NCBI GenBank assembly: GCA_024408655.1
Contig: JAKSUV010000003.1
Coordinates: 74,674-138,673, forward strand
DNA: 64,000 bases
Reading direction: 5' to 3'
DNA from: Bacilli bacterium
GTDB lineage: Bacteria; Bacillota_I; Bacilli_A; RFN20; CAG-826
Positions 56,034 to 64,000 of the stretch are shown one piece after another. The translations under genes and the position numbers were made by a program. Each line of letters begins with the position of its first letter. Position 1 is the stretch's first letter. Below the pieces are notes generated by a model that was not told the DNA's origin, made no database searches, and saw only the letters and a program-made list of their open reading frames with translations.

Positions 56034-57157
56034 CGGATTTCTCCTAAGATAGCTTTTAATTCACGAACAAAAGTTTCAACTTCTTCGCTGGTGTTAATCT
56101 CTGAAAAAGAAACGCGAATCGTGTTTTTCGCGCGCTTTTCATCATGAGTGATATTAAATACGGTCGCGGAAGGAATATCACTTTTCGCGTGACAGGCACT
56201 TTGACTTGAAACATAAATCTCTTTTTCTGAGAGTGCCTCAATGACGACACTCGCTTTTTTACTCCGTAAAGAGAAGGAAACAATATAGGGAAAATCGCTT
56301 TTAGTGTTAATAATAATTTCCGGTTCATCTTGAAGTAACTTTAATAAATATTGTTGTAACCCCACCACAATTTGGTAATTATGTTTAAGATTTGCGATGG
56401 CTTTTTTTAAAGCGTAGGTGGTTGATAAAATTAAGGGTAATGGAATACTTCCACCCCGAAGATTATTTTGTTGGGCGCCACCATCAATCAGTTTAGTCAG
56501 TAAAATCTTTTTCTTTTTGATAAGGATGCCACTACCTAAGAGCCCACCAAATTTATGCGCACTACAAGTAAACATATCAAGCGAAGAATAGTCCATCTCG
56601 CACTTCCCCACGCTTTGCGTGACGTCAGAAAAAAGGACGCATTTTGGATAAGACTTTAATAATGAGCGAACTCTCGATAAATCATTAACTGAACCCACTT
56701 CGTTATTCACACTCATGACCACTACCATAATGGTATTTTGGTTTAAATGTTTTTTGATTTCTTCGTATTGAATTACGCCATTTATATCAGCGTCAATATA
56801 GTGAATTACAAAATGATCTAGCGCTAACGACTTTAAGGCTTCTAAGACCGCGGGATGTTCATTTTTAAAAGCAATGATTTCTTTCCCCCGGGTCGCGTTA
56901 CGATAAGCATAACCTTTGATGGCGTGATTAATGCCTTCGCTTGCCCCGCTATTAAAAATCACTTCGTAGTCTTGACTATTAAGATGAAACGCTTGGAGAA
57001 CATCTTGTGTAGCCTTTTGATAAGCGCGATTAGCAAGATAGCCTAAACGATGAGTACTACTTGGATTAGCGAAATACTCTTTACTCGCATCCAAGAAAAC
57101 TTTTAAAACATCGTCGTGCCGGTTAAAGTAAGTCGCGGCGTTATCAAAATAAATCAT
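56030..57157 (-). CDS. cysteine desulfurase (class V aminotransferase, NifS/NifZ-like)
   Basis: PLP lysine SAHKFGG and the active-site Cys region SSQSACHA; overlaps thiI by 4 nt. Confidence 0.88.
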   Translation of the reverse strand: MIYFDNAATYFNRHDDVLKVFLDASKEYFANPSSTHRLGYLANRAYQKATQDVLQAFHLNSQDYEVIFNSGASEGINHAIKGYAYRNATRGKEIIAFKNEHPAVLEALKSLALDHFVIHYIDADINGVIQYEEIKKHLNQNTIMVVVMSVNNEVGSVNDLSRVRSLLKSYPKCVLFSDVTQSVGKCEMDYSSLDMFTCSAHKFGGLLGSGILIKKKKILLTKLIDGGAQQNNLRGGSIPLPLILSTTYALKKAIANLKHNYQIVVGLQQYLLKLLQDEPEIIINTKSDFPYIVSFSLRSKKASVVIEALSEKEIYVSSQSACHAKSDIPSATVFNITHDEKRAKNTIRVSFSEINTSEEVETFVRELKAILGEIR

Positions 57158-58872
57158 TATTTTTGCTCCTGGGTTAATTCCGCATAACGTGGAATAATCC
57201 GGTCTTTCGTCTCAAGATAAGCTTTTTCAAATTCGCCCGCTTTAAAGAGTTTTTCACTTTCGTTAACCAGGGCGTCAATTTCGTTAAACTTATAGCGACC
57301 ACGGTTCACGTATGTAAGGGCGGATTCCGCCATCTTCATCATCTCACTATCTTGTTCAATTTGGTTTAAGGTTGAATCGCCTTCAAAGCGGACAAAGTTG
57401 ACCGCTTCGTTTACTTTATTAACATCAATCGGTAAAGTAGTTGAAGTCACACTGATGGTTTCCAGCGCATTATAAATCGCGTTAATTGGTTCATCGTACT
57501 TAGTATGGAATAAATCCATTGCCGCATCACGCACCCGCTTCTCCGCCTTTTTAATTTGGTAAAAATATTCTGCTAAAAGACGATGCGCATCTTGGACATC
57601 TTCTTTTAAAGAAGTGATATATTGCCGGAAGTTTGCTAGGTCCGCTTTAATTTGGTCGCACTCCGTTTGGAGTTCAATCAAGCGATCAAGTAATACCGAA
57701 TAAGGCGTCCGGTTGCCATTATGTAATAAATTATCAAAGGCCCGTTTGGCGACACCAAGTTTATTAATCAAATTTTGGATATTAGTGACTTCGTGGAGTT
57801 TATCATCGGTAATGATATAGACTTGGCGGATCTTTGGTAACGAGTTACAAAGTTTAATAAAGTCTTTTTCAACAAAGGTAATATCTTGCCGCACCACTTC
57901 AATCTTACTATCGAAGGCACCTTTCGCTTCGCGCTCTTTGTTAAAGGCCGTTAAAATATTTTCGACGTGATCGACAATGTAATTCAGCGCTTCATCTTGG
58001 TGACGATATTTAAAAGCCTTGAGATTTTCAACTACTTCCGCTAATTCATCTTCCATTTTCGAAATTGTGTTATCCGCCATAATGTGAACAACTGAACATT
58101 CTTCATTAAGAATCCGCTTGTAGTCATTCTTTAAATCGCCAATCCGTTGGGGGACTGATTTAGTAGCCCGGTGACATAACTCAGGCATAATGATGGTGAT
58201 ATGTTGGAGTTCATCAATGACTTTGTTAATTAAAGGGAGCAATGCATTAGCCTCATCATAATTTGCTTCATCAATATAGTCATCAAAATCAAGGAAGAGT
58301 CTGAGGACTTTGGCAAAAACCTTTTCGTAACTATTTTTTAAAATGAGTAAATTCTCTTGTTCACGGGCGTAGTCTTCTTGGACTTTGTGGAATTTTTCTT
58401 TGGCTTCCGCTTCTTGGCGTTTGGCGTCTTCTTCGGGTTGAATAACGCGAAGTAGTTCGGTGTTTAAAGCGTTCGCGACGGTTTCATAGTCCACCACTAA
58501 GGCTTTTAAATTCGCCATTTCTTCCCGCGCTGATTTGTAGCGATTCGCTTTGAGATAATCAAGCATCGTATTGAGCTTTTGTTTCACTAGCGCATCGTGA
58601 TCATTTAAGATTTTTTTATAGCGTACCCGGTAGTCTTCTTGCATATCAGCGTAAAGTAGATTTAGTTGGGCAATCGCTTCAATTCGTTTGATATAACTAA
58701 GGTCTTGAATCGTGAGCATATGGTTAGTGTAATCATAGCGGCGTTTGAGGTCATGAATTTGGTGGGTGAGTTTTTTATTTCGTAAAAATAAAAAATAAAG
58801 AGCAATGAATAAACCGGCTCCGGCCACAAGCGCAGAAACGACAATAGCAATGATGGCGTTAATAGGAAGCAT
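57157..58872 (-). CDS. ezrA: septation ring formation regulator EzrA
   Basis: A single N-terminal TM segment followed by about 540 aa of coiled coil. Size and synteny (ezrA-nifS-thiI, divergent from rpsD) match Bacillus. Confidence 0.75.
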   Translation of the reverse strand: MLPINAIIAIVVSALVAGAGLFIALYFLFLRNKKLTHQIHDLKRRYDYTNHMLTIQDLSYIKRIEAIAQLNLLYADMQEDYRVRYKKILNDHDALVKQKLNTMLDYLKANRYKSAREEMANLKALVVDYETVANALNTELLRVIQPEEDAKRQEAEAKEKFHKVQEDYAREQENLLILKNSYEKVFAKVLRLFLDFDDYIDEANYDEANALLPLINKVIDELQHITIIMPELCHRATKSVPQRIGDLKNDYKRILNEECSVVHIMADNTISKMEDELAEVVENLKAFKYRHQDEALNYIVDHVENILTAFNKEREAKGAFDSKIEVVRQDITFVEKDFIKLCNSLPKIRQVYIITDDKLHEVTNIQNLINKLGVAKRAFDNLLHNGNRTPYSVLLDRLIELQTECDQIKADLANFRQYITSLKEDVQDAHRLLAEYFYQIKKAEKRVRDAAMDLFHTKYDEPINAIYNALETISVTSTTLPIDVNKVNEAVNFVRFEGDSTLNQIEQDSEMMKMAESALTYVNRGRYKFNEIDALVNESEKLFKAGEFEKAYLETKDRIIPRYAELTQEQK

Positions 58873-58918
58873 AATGCATAAATAGTATAAACTATTTACT
58901 GGCTTGTTACGAAATAAT

Positions 58919-59080
58919 TTGACACCCTCGCTGACTTATGGTTAGATATTATTCGCATGTTGAGCATGTAGACACTTCTTGTCTAATGATTCATAAAACA
59001 AGTAGCCGACGCTATCAAGGTGAAAAGGAATCATCATAGAAGAAAGGAGTCTGCACCTTGCTTATTTGCAAAGGAGAATT
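58919..59080 (+). promoter_or_regulatory. rpsD promoter and roughly 125-nt leader (possible S4 autoregulatory site)
   Basis: TTGACA (58919-58924) - 17 nt - TGgTTAGAT. The leader has long-range complementarity TGATTC/GAATCA and CTTGT/ACAAG. The assignment rests on position only. Confidence 0.3.
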
Positions 59081-59686
59081 ATGAGATATTTAGGATCTGA
59101 TTGGAAACGCTCCCGCCGTTTAGGTTTTTCAACCTTAGAGAACGGGAAAGAAACCGCGAAACGCCCTTATGGCCCTGGCCAACACGGTGCTGACCGGCAT
59201 AAGAAAGCCAGTGAATATGGTCGCCAATTAATTGAAAAACAAAAGATGGCGCAACTATATGGCATTAACGAACGGCAATTCCGTCGTTTGTTCTTAATTG
59301 CCCGGGCGGATGAAACCGTCACCGGAATCGCTTTTTTCCGGATTCTTGAGAGCCGGCTTGATAACCTTGTTTATCGGATGGGCTTTGCCCGCACTCGTCG
59401 TGGGGCGAGACAACTTGTCACCCATGGCCACGTGATGGTAAATGGCAAAAAAACCGACATCCCAAGTTATTTATGTACAGTTGGTGATACAATCGCCATT
59501 ATGGAAAATAGCCGCAGCATGAAGGTGATCAAAGAATCATTAGAAAGTGTGAAGACTAAATTCCCGACCGTAGAGGTTGATATGAATAAGATGGAGGGTA
59601 AGTACATTCGAGTTCCTGAGCGAAACGAGTTGCCGAAAGACATTGATGAAAGCCAAATCATCGAATGGTACAACCGGCAATTATAA
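59081..59686 (+). CDS. rpsD: 30S ribosomal protein S4
   Basis: MRYLGSDWKRSRRLGFS... with an AAAGGAG SD; the track start at 59066 is TTG. Confidence 0.96.
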   Translation: MRYLGSDWKRSRRLGFSTLENGKETAKRPYGPGQHGADRHKKASEYGRQLIEKQKMAQLYGINERQFRRLFLIARADETVTGIAFFRILESRLDNLVYRMGFARTRRGARQLVTHGHVMVNGKKTDIPSYLCTVGDTIAIMENSRSMKVIKESLESVKTKFPTVEVDMNKMEGKYIRVPERNELPKDIDESQIIEWYNRQL

Positions 59687-61365
59687 TGAAAGAACAAAAG
59701 AATATTGTTTTAATCGGCTATAACGAGGGCATGTCCTCGAAATATTTGCCTGATATTGTCGCGCTCGGTTGTCACCCAGTGGTTCTATTAACCGCTAAGG
59801 CGAAAGCGCCGAAATTTGCGGTTCCCACTACATTAATTCGTGAACAAAGCACTTATCAAAAAACTTTAGCGTTAGTTAAAAGTTATCATCCATTGCTTGT
59901 TTTAGCGGGCGATGAAATGCTCGTCGAACTTTCAACGCGTTTACAAAATGATTTGCACGTTGTCGGTAACAACTATAAATATATTAAAGACGTAACCGAA
60001 AAAGGCGCGATGCATGAAGCCCTAAAGAAAGCTGGCGTTCGTTACATCCGCGGTGAAGTCGCTCATAGTGTCAAAGAAGCAATTGCGATTTACCGGAAGT
60101 TCAAAGTTAAAGAAGTTGTCTTAAAACCCCTTCGTGCCTATTCTTCAATTGGCGTCTCCTTTTGTGGTAGCGAAGAAGAATTAAAGAAGAGTGCTGAAGA
60201 TTTTTTCCGTCAAGGTATTAAGTTTGAAGATAAAGTTTTAAAACAAGAGATTCTGGTTCAAGAACGCATTCGGGGTCTAGAAAATTACGAATATTTTATT
60301 AATACAGTCTCCCGTAATGGTAAACATCGAGTGCTCCAAATTTGGCAATATGATTTTGTCGAAGTTGGCAAGAACGCACACGCTTTCGCCTGCATTCGCT
60401 CGGTTGATCACCTTGATATTGCCCACACTGCATTAGTCGATTATTGTAAGAATATTCTTGATGCGCTCCATATCGTTGATGGCCCCGCCCATACTGAATT
60501 TTTAATTGATCTCAAGGGCCCCGTGATGGTTGAAGTAAACTGCCGAATTAGTGGCGGTAATTTAACCGAAGGTTATAATGATGCGATTTTTGGTCACCAC
60601 GATACTGACCAAATTTTAAACGCATTATTGTTCCCAAAGAGTTTCCATCACCAACTAGCTCACCCCTATCACACTTATAACCATGGCATTGTGAAATTCT
60701 TTATCTCACCCGCCCAATTTACAGCGAAGTCTTATCCCGTGTTAAGCATTGTTAAACGCTTAAGAAGTTTTTACGATACACTTAGCATTCCTCGGAAAGA
60801 TGGTTTAGTAAAAAAGACGGTCGGTTTTTTCACCACGAATGGCTATGTTCGCTTATTACACCGTGATGCTAATATTCTCGAAGCGGATAACCGTTTGCTT
60901 CACTATTTAGAACAATATTTCTTCTATTTACTATACGAAAACGATCACCGCGCTGAGAATATTCCTCCCCGGGTCAATAAAGGTGCCACCGCCGATGGCG
61001 TAATAGAAAAAACCATTCGCCACGGTTTGACTTTAATGATGAATGATAGCATTAATGACAAAACGCCAAAATATGTTTATCCGACTGACATTAAACATGT
61101 AAAGGATGCATTAAGTAATTTCGCCTTTGGCGTCGTGAATTTCAAAAAGAGTTATGATTCTATGTCTCGCCAAGAATTTATCGAGGGCTTTTTAACCTTC
61201 GCCGATAAGATTCGGACGGGTGGGATGATTATGGTCTCGGAACGGAGCTGCAATCTTTTCCCCTATGGCGCACCGGGTGTAGAAATTTTACTAAAAATTG
61301 CCGGTTTTAAGATTGTGATGCCTTTAAAAGCTAACTTTGTTTGTGCCGTGAAGGAGGAACGTTAA
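59686..61365 (+). CDS. ATP-grasp ligase fused to a degenerate methyltransferase-like C-terminal domain (paralogue 1)
   Basis: 559 aa. ATP-grasp strings include VVLKPLRAYSSIGVSFC, LVQERI.G.EYFINTVS and GPAHTEFLIDLKGPVMVEVNCRISGG. The ATG shares an A with the rpsD TAA. Confidence 0.7.
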   Translation: MKEQKNIVLIGYNEGMSSKYLPDIVALGCHPVVLLTAKAKAPKFAVPTTLIREQSTYQKTLALVKSYHPLLVLAGDEMLVELSTRLQNDLHVVGNNYKYIKDVTEKGAMHEALKKAGVRYIRGEVAHSVKEAIAIYRKFKVKEVVLKPLRAYSSIGVSFCGSEEELKKSAEDFFRQGIKFEDKVLKQEILVQERIRGLENYEYFINTVSRNGKHRVLQIWQYDFVEVGKNAHAFACIRSVDHLDIAHTALVDYCKNILDALHIVDGPAHTEFLIDLKGPVMVEVNCRISGGNLTEGYNDAIFGHHDTDQILNALLFPKSFHHQLAHPYHTYNHGIVKFFISPAQFTAKSYPVLSIVKRLRSFYDTLSIPRKDGLVKKTVGFFTTNGYVRLLHRDANILEADNRLLHYLEQYFFYLLYENDHRAENIPPRVNKGATADGVIEKTIRHGLTLMMNDSINDKTPKYVYPTDIKHVKDALSNFAFGVVNFKKSYDSMSRQEFIEGFLTFADKIRTGGMIMVSERSCNLFPYGAPGVEILLKIAGFKIVMPLKANFVCAVKEER

Positions 61366-61366
61366 A

Positions 61367-63043
61367 ATGCCACAAAATAACGGAAATATCTTACTTATCG
61401 ACTGTTTTTATTCTTCACAAAAATACGTCGCTGATGCGGTTAAATTTGGTTTTATTCCTTATATTTTAACGCCTTACGGTCAAACTCGAACCACCATTCC
61501 ATTGCCACAGCAAGTACGCTTTGTAGATGGTTTTAAAGACTACCAAAAAACTTTACAACTCGTTAAGAAAATTAAGCCAAAGTTCATTTTTGCCGGCGAC
61601 GAAGAAGATGTTGAACTCGCCATGAAACTACAAAACGATTTAAAGTTACCGGGCGCTAACAAGATGCGCTACTTTCAAGAGTTAACCCATAAAGATGCGA
61701 TGCATGCCGCTTTAAAAAAGGCCGGCCTTCGTTACATTCGCGGGGAAGTTGTTCATAACGTTAAAGAAGCAGTCGCAATTTATAAAAAATTCAAAGTAAA
61801 AGCCGTCGTTTTAAAGCCTTCGCGGGGCGCCGCCTCGAAGGGCTTATCCTTCTGCTATAGCGAAGAAGAAGTAAAGAAAAATGCTACTCAATTCTTTAAA
61901 GACTTGGAAAAGATTTCAATTGATCGCTCAACGAACGGACTACTGATTCAAGAAAAAATTAGTGGGATTGAATATATCGTGAATACAATTTCTTGTAATG
62001 GCGAACACCGGATTGGCGAAATCTGGCGGTATTCGTTACACGAAACAGAGCGAGGCCACATGACTTTTACTAACGCTATCTCAGTGAACGCGCTTGAAGT
62101 CAATATGACGCAGTTAACAACTTATGTGAAGAAAATGCTTACGGCTTTACACGTTGAAAACGGTCCAGTGCATTGCGAACTCTTTGTCGATGAAAAAGGC
62201 CCAGTATTAATCGAAATTAACTGCCGTTTATCTGGTGGTGCCATCTCAATGGATTTTGCCGATTCGATTTATGGTCACCATGTAAGTGACTTAGTGTTCT
62301 TGTCCTTACTTTTCCCCAAGGACTTTAAGAATTGGCTCAATTATCCGTATTATACCTACCAAAAAGGTTATATCGAAGTGATTAACGCTCCACGGGCGTT
62401 TACCGTAAAATCTCGGCCAATTTCAAGTATCTTAAAACGTTTACCAACGATTTACGATATTCCAAAGAAAATTAAAACCGTTGAAAAGACGCAGGATCCG
62501 ACTTGCTTATCATCTAATGTCGGTATCACCCACCTATTAAGTGCGGATGTCAATGCGGTTGACCGTGATTCCGCATTCTTAGAAAAGATTGAGAAATATT
62601 TCTTTTATTTGCTCCTAGAAGACGTTGACCATAGTAAAGAAGATATTCCGCCGATGAAAGCGGTTGGTAAAACCGCTGATGCGATTATCGAAGATATTCG
62701 TTCGCGCGGTTTAACTTTAGTCCTTAATGATAAACGTGGACCGATTGGGATTGACTATGTCACGACGACCGATTTAAAACATGTTAAACAAGATTTAGGT
62801 AACTACGCGTTCGGAATTATTAATTTAAAACAAACCTATCAACATATCTTACGCGAAACGTTAGTCGAAAATATGCTTACCTTTATGGAGAAAATTCGGA
62901 TTGGCGGCATGATTATCGTTTCGGAAAGAAGCTGTAACATCTTCCCCTATGGTGAAGCGGGAATCGAAGTTTTACTGAAAGTCGCTGGCTTTAAAATCAT
63001 CTTGCCAGAAAAAGACGGCTACATTTACGCAGTTAAAGAATAA
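61367..63043 (+). CDS. ATP-grasp ligase fused to a degenerate methyltransferase-like C-terminal domain (paralogue 2)
   Basis: 558 aa, collinear with paralogue 1 over its whole length. A GAAGGAGG SD is present and the start lies 1 nt after the upstream stop. Confidence 0.7.
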   Translation: MPQNNGNILLIDCFYSSQKYVADAVKFGFIPYILTPYGQTRTTIPLPQQVRFVDGFKDYQKTLQLVKKIKPKFIFAGDEEDVELAMKLQNDLKLPGANKMRYFQELTHKDAMHAALKKAGLRYIRGEVVHNVKEAVAIYKKFKVKAVVLKPSRGAASKGLSFCYSEEEVKKNATQFFKDLEKISIDRSTNGLLIQEKISGIEYIVNTISCNGEHRIGEIWRYSLHETERGHMTFTNAISVNALEVNMTQLTTYVKKMLTALHVENGPVHCELFVDEKGPVLIEINCRLSGGAISMDFADSIYGHHVSDLVFLSLLFPKDFKNWLNYPYYTYQKGYIEVINAPRAFTVKSRPISSILKRLPTIYDIPKKIKTVEKTQDPTCLSSNVGITHLLSADVNAVDRDSAFLEKIEKYFFYLLLEDVDHSKEDIPPMKAVGKTADAIIEDIRSRGLTLVLNDKRGPIGIDYVTTTDLKHVKQDLGNYAFGIINLKQTYQHILRETLVENMLTFMEKIRIGGMIIVSERSCNIFPYGEAGIEVLLKVAGFKIILPEKDGYIYAVKE

Positions 63044-63066
63044 GCACCATTCGGTGCTTTTCTTTT
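63043..63066. terminator. bidirectional intrinsic terminator (ATP-grasp operon / apt)
   Basis: AGCACC-ATTC-GGTGCT followed by TTTTCTTTT. Confidence 0.75.
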
Positions 63067-63583
63067 AGATTTTATATTTGACTAGTGAATGGATTTCAAC
63101 CGGCGCTAATTTTTTGCGTGCTTTTAAACTCGTTAATTCGACTAAGAAAGAATAACCAATCAGGGTCGCTTTATTCTTTTCGACCATTTTGGTCATCGCA
63201 ATTGCGCTTCCACCCGTTGCTAATAAATCGTCAACAATTAATACGCGGTCCTTCACTGATAACATATGCGGTGGAATCTCTAAAGTGTTTTCCCCATACT
63301 CTAAATCATAGGAAACGCTTGTTCCCACGAAGGGAAGCTTACCTGGTTTACGAGCGGCCACCACACCCGCTTTTAAGCGTAATGCGACCGCGGTCCCAAA
63401 GAAGAAACCCCGTGCATCAGCGCATAAAACTTTGGTTACACCCCGATTTTTAAATTGAGCGGTCATGATGGTAATGACTTCTTCAAAAGTTTTATAATCG
63501 CTAAGAACTGGCATAATATCTTTAAACGAGATACCGGGTTTTGGCCAATCCTTACGAACCACAATCAATTTCTTTAATTCCAT
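63065..63583 (-). CDS. apt: adenine phosphoribosyltransferase
   Basis: PKPGISFKDI and the PRPP motif VLIVDDLLATGGSA. Confidence 0.93.
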   Translation of the reverse strand: MELKKLIVVRKDWPKPGISFKDIMPVLSDYKTFEEVITIMTAQFKNRGVTKVLCADARGFFFGTAVALRLKAGVVAARKPGKLPFVGTSVSYDLEYGENTLEIPPHMLSVKDRVLIVDDLLATGGSAIAMTKMVEKNKATLIGYSFLVELTSLKARKKLAPVEIHSLVKYKI

Positions 63584-63613
63584 ACCCCGATATATTATCA
63601 TATATCTAGTTAT

Positions 63614-64000
63614 ATGACTATCTTAATTCAAGGGGCAATGAAGAAAGAAATTAATGAACTCATTAAAGTCTTTTCGCTAAAACTTAAACGACACGAAGGT
63701 TACCAATTTTATCGCGGCCATCATCTCATAGTTTCTTTAACTAAAATCGGTACGGTGAACGCGAGTAAAGCCACGCGTCTTGCCATTAAGTATTATCGTC
63801 CCACCCATGTCTTTAATATTGGCCTATGCGGCGCCCATGTAAAAAATCTTCACCCAAATCACTTAATTATTGGTGACGTTGTCACCTACATTAAAGCAAA
63901 ACAGGAACGGCTAATTTTAAAAGGTACACCGAGTCTAATTCGTTTAGTAGACCAAATCCCTACGAAATTAAAACTGACACACGCGATTATGGGGAGCGCG
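63614..64000 (+). CDS. mtnN: 5'-methylthioadenosine/S-adenosylhomocysteine nucleosidase (3' end outside the window)
   Basis: MTILIQGAMKKEINEL... and NIGLCGA. The ORF runs in frame to the window edge. Confidence 0.75.
   Translation, partial: MTILIQGAMKKEINELIKVFSLKLKRHEGYQFYRGHHLIVSLTKIGTVNASKATRLAIKYYRPTHVFNIGLCGAHVKNLHPNHLIIGDVVTYIKAKQERLILKGTPSLIRLVDQIPTKLKLTHAIMGSA

Noticed and set aside
1-64000. The possibility that this is a Mycoplasma-type genome reading UGA as Trp.
   Set aside because: Well-supported ORFs end at TGA (for example the lipoprotein gene ending at position 50), conserved Trp positions use TGG, and all housekeeping proteins are full length under the standard code.
1-64000. 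CRISPR arrays, transposases/IS elements, integrases, prophage blocks, tRNA and rRNA genes.
   Set aside because: I saw no regularly spaced short repeats, no recombinase-like ORFs and no cloverleaf-compatible sequence in the few intergenic gaps over 100 nt. Those gaps are explained by leaders and promoters.

Overview
This is a gene-dense chromosomal window of about 65 protein genes, mostly on the minus strand. No rRNA, tRNA, CRISPR array, transposase or integrase is visible. The genome is AT-rich and uses the standard code: UGA is a stop (for example the ORF ending at position 50) and Trp is TGG. Gene order recalls Bacillus-type Bacillota: rimP-nusA-infB-rbfA / truB-ribF / rpsO, T-box-pheS-pheT, gap-pgk..tpiA, prfA-prmC..tsaC-rpiB, dnaB-dnaI, thrS-infC-rpmI-rplT, ezrA-nifS-thiI, rpsD. 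The window also contains glgB-glgP, ackA, nrnA, pfkA, add, apt and mtnN. There are several lipobox lipoproteins, no wall-synthesis genes in view, and rsmH sits away from any dcw cluster. This suggests an Acholeplasma-like wall-less Mollicute or a close relative; that is a guess I cannot verify. Packing is extreme: many start/stop overlaps, and convergent genes that share stop codons. RNA elements I can support are a Phe T-box leader, an L20-type leader with attenuator before infC, a terminator in the rimP-nusA leader, and several intrinsic terminators. The items most worth a second look are listed here.
1. Two tandem paralogous ATP-grasp ligase fusion proteins are translationally coupled to rpsD (59686-63043). 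Each carries a degenerate methyltransferase-like C-terminal domain.
2. A triplicated family of small coiled-coil protein genes differs by whole heptad (21-nt) units (33320-34640).
3. The only two 9-nt homopolymer tracts I saw both lie inside the core promoters of lipoprotein genes, which makes them phase-variation candidates.
4. A yefM-yoeB module has an intact TGTACA operator pair, but the toxin has lost its start codon through a 1-nt shift.
5. A PP-loop (TtcA-like) gene is inserted antisense into the conserved rbfA-truB junction behind a perfect 20-bp palindrome.
6. A recurrent TATAAT-N7-10-ATG arrangement without a Shine-Dalgarno sequence suggests leaderless mRNAs.
All functional assignments come from motif recognition by eye; no searches were run.
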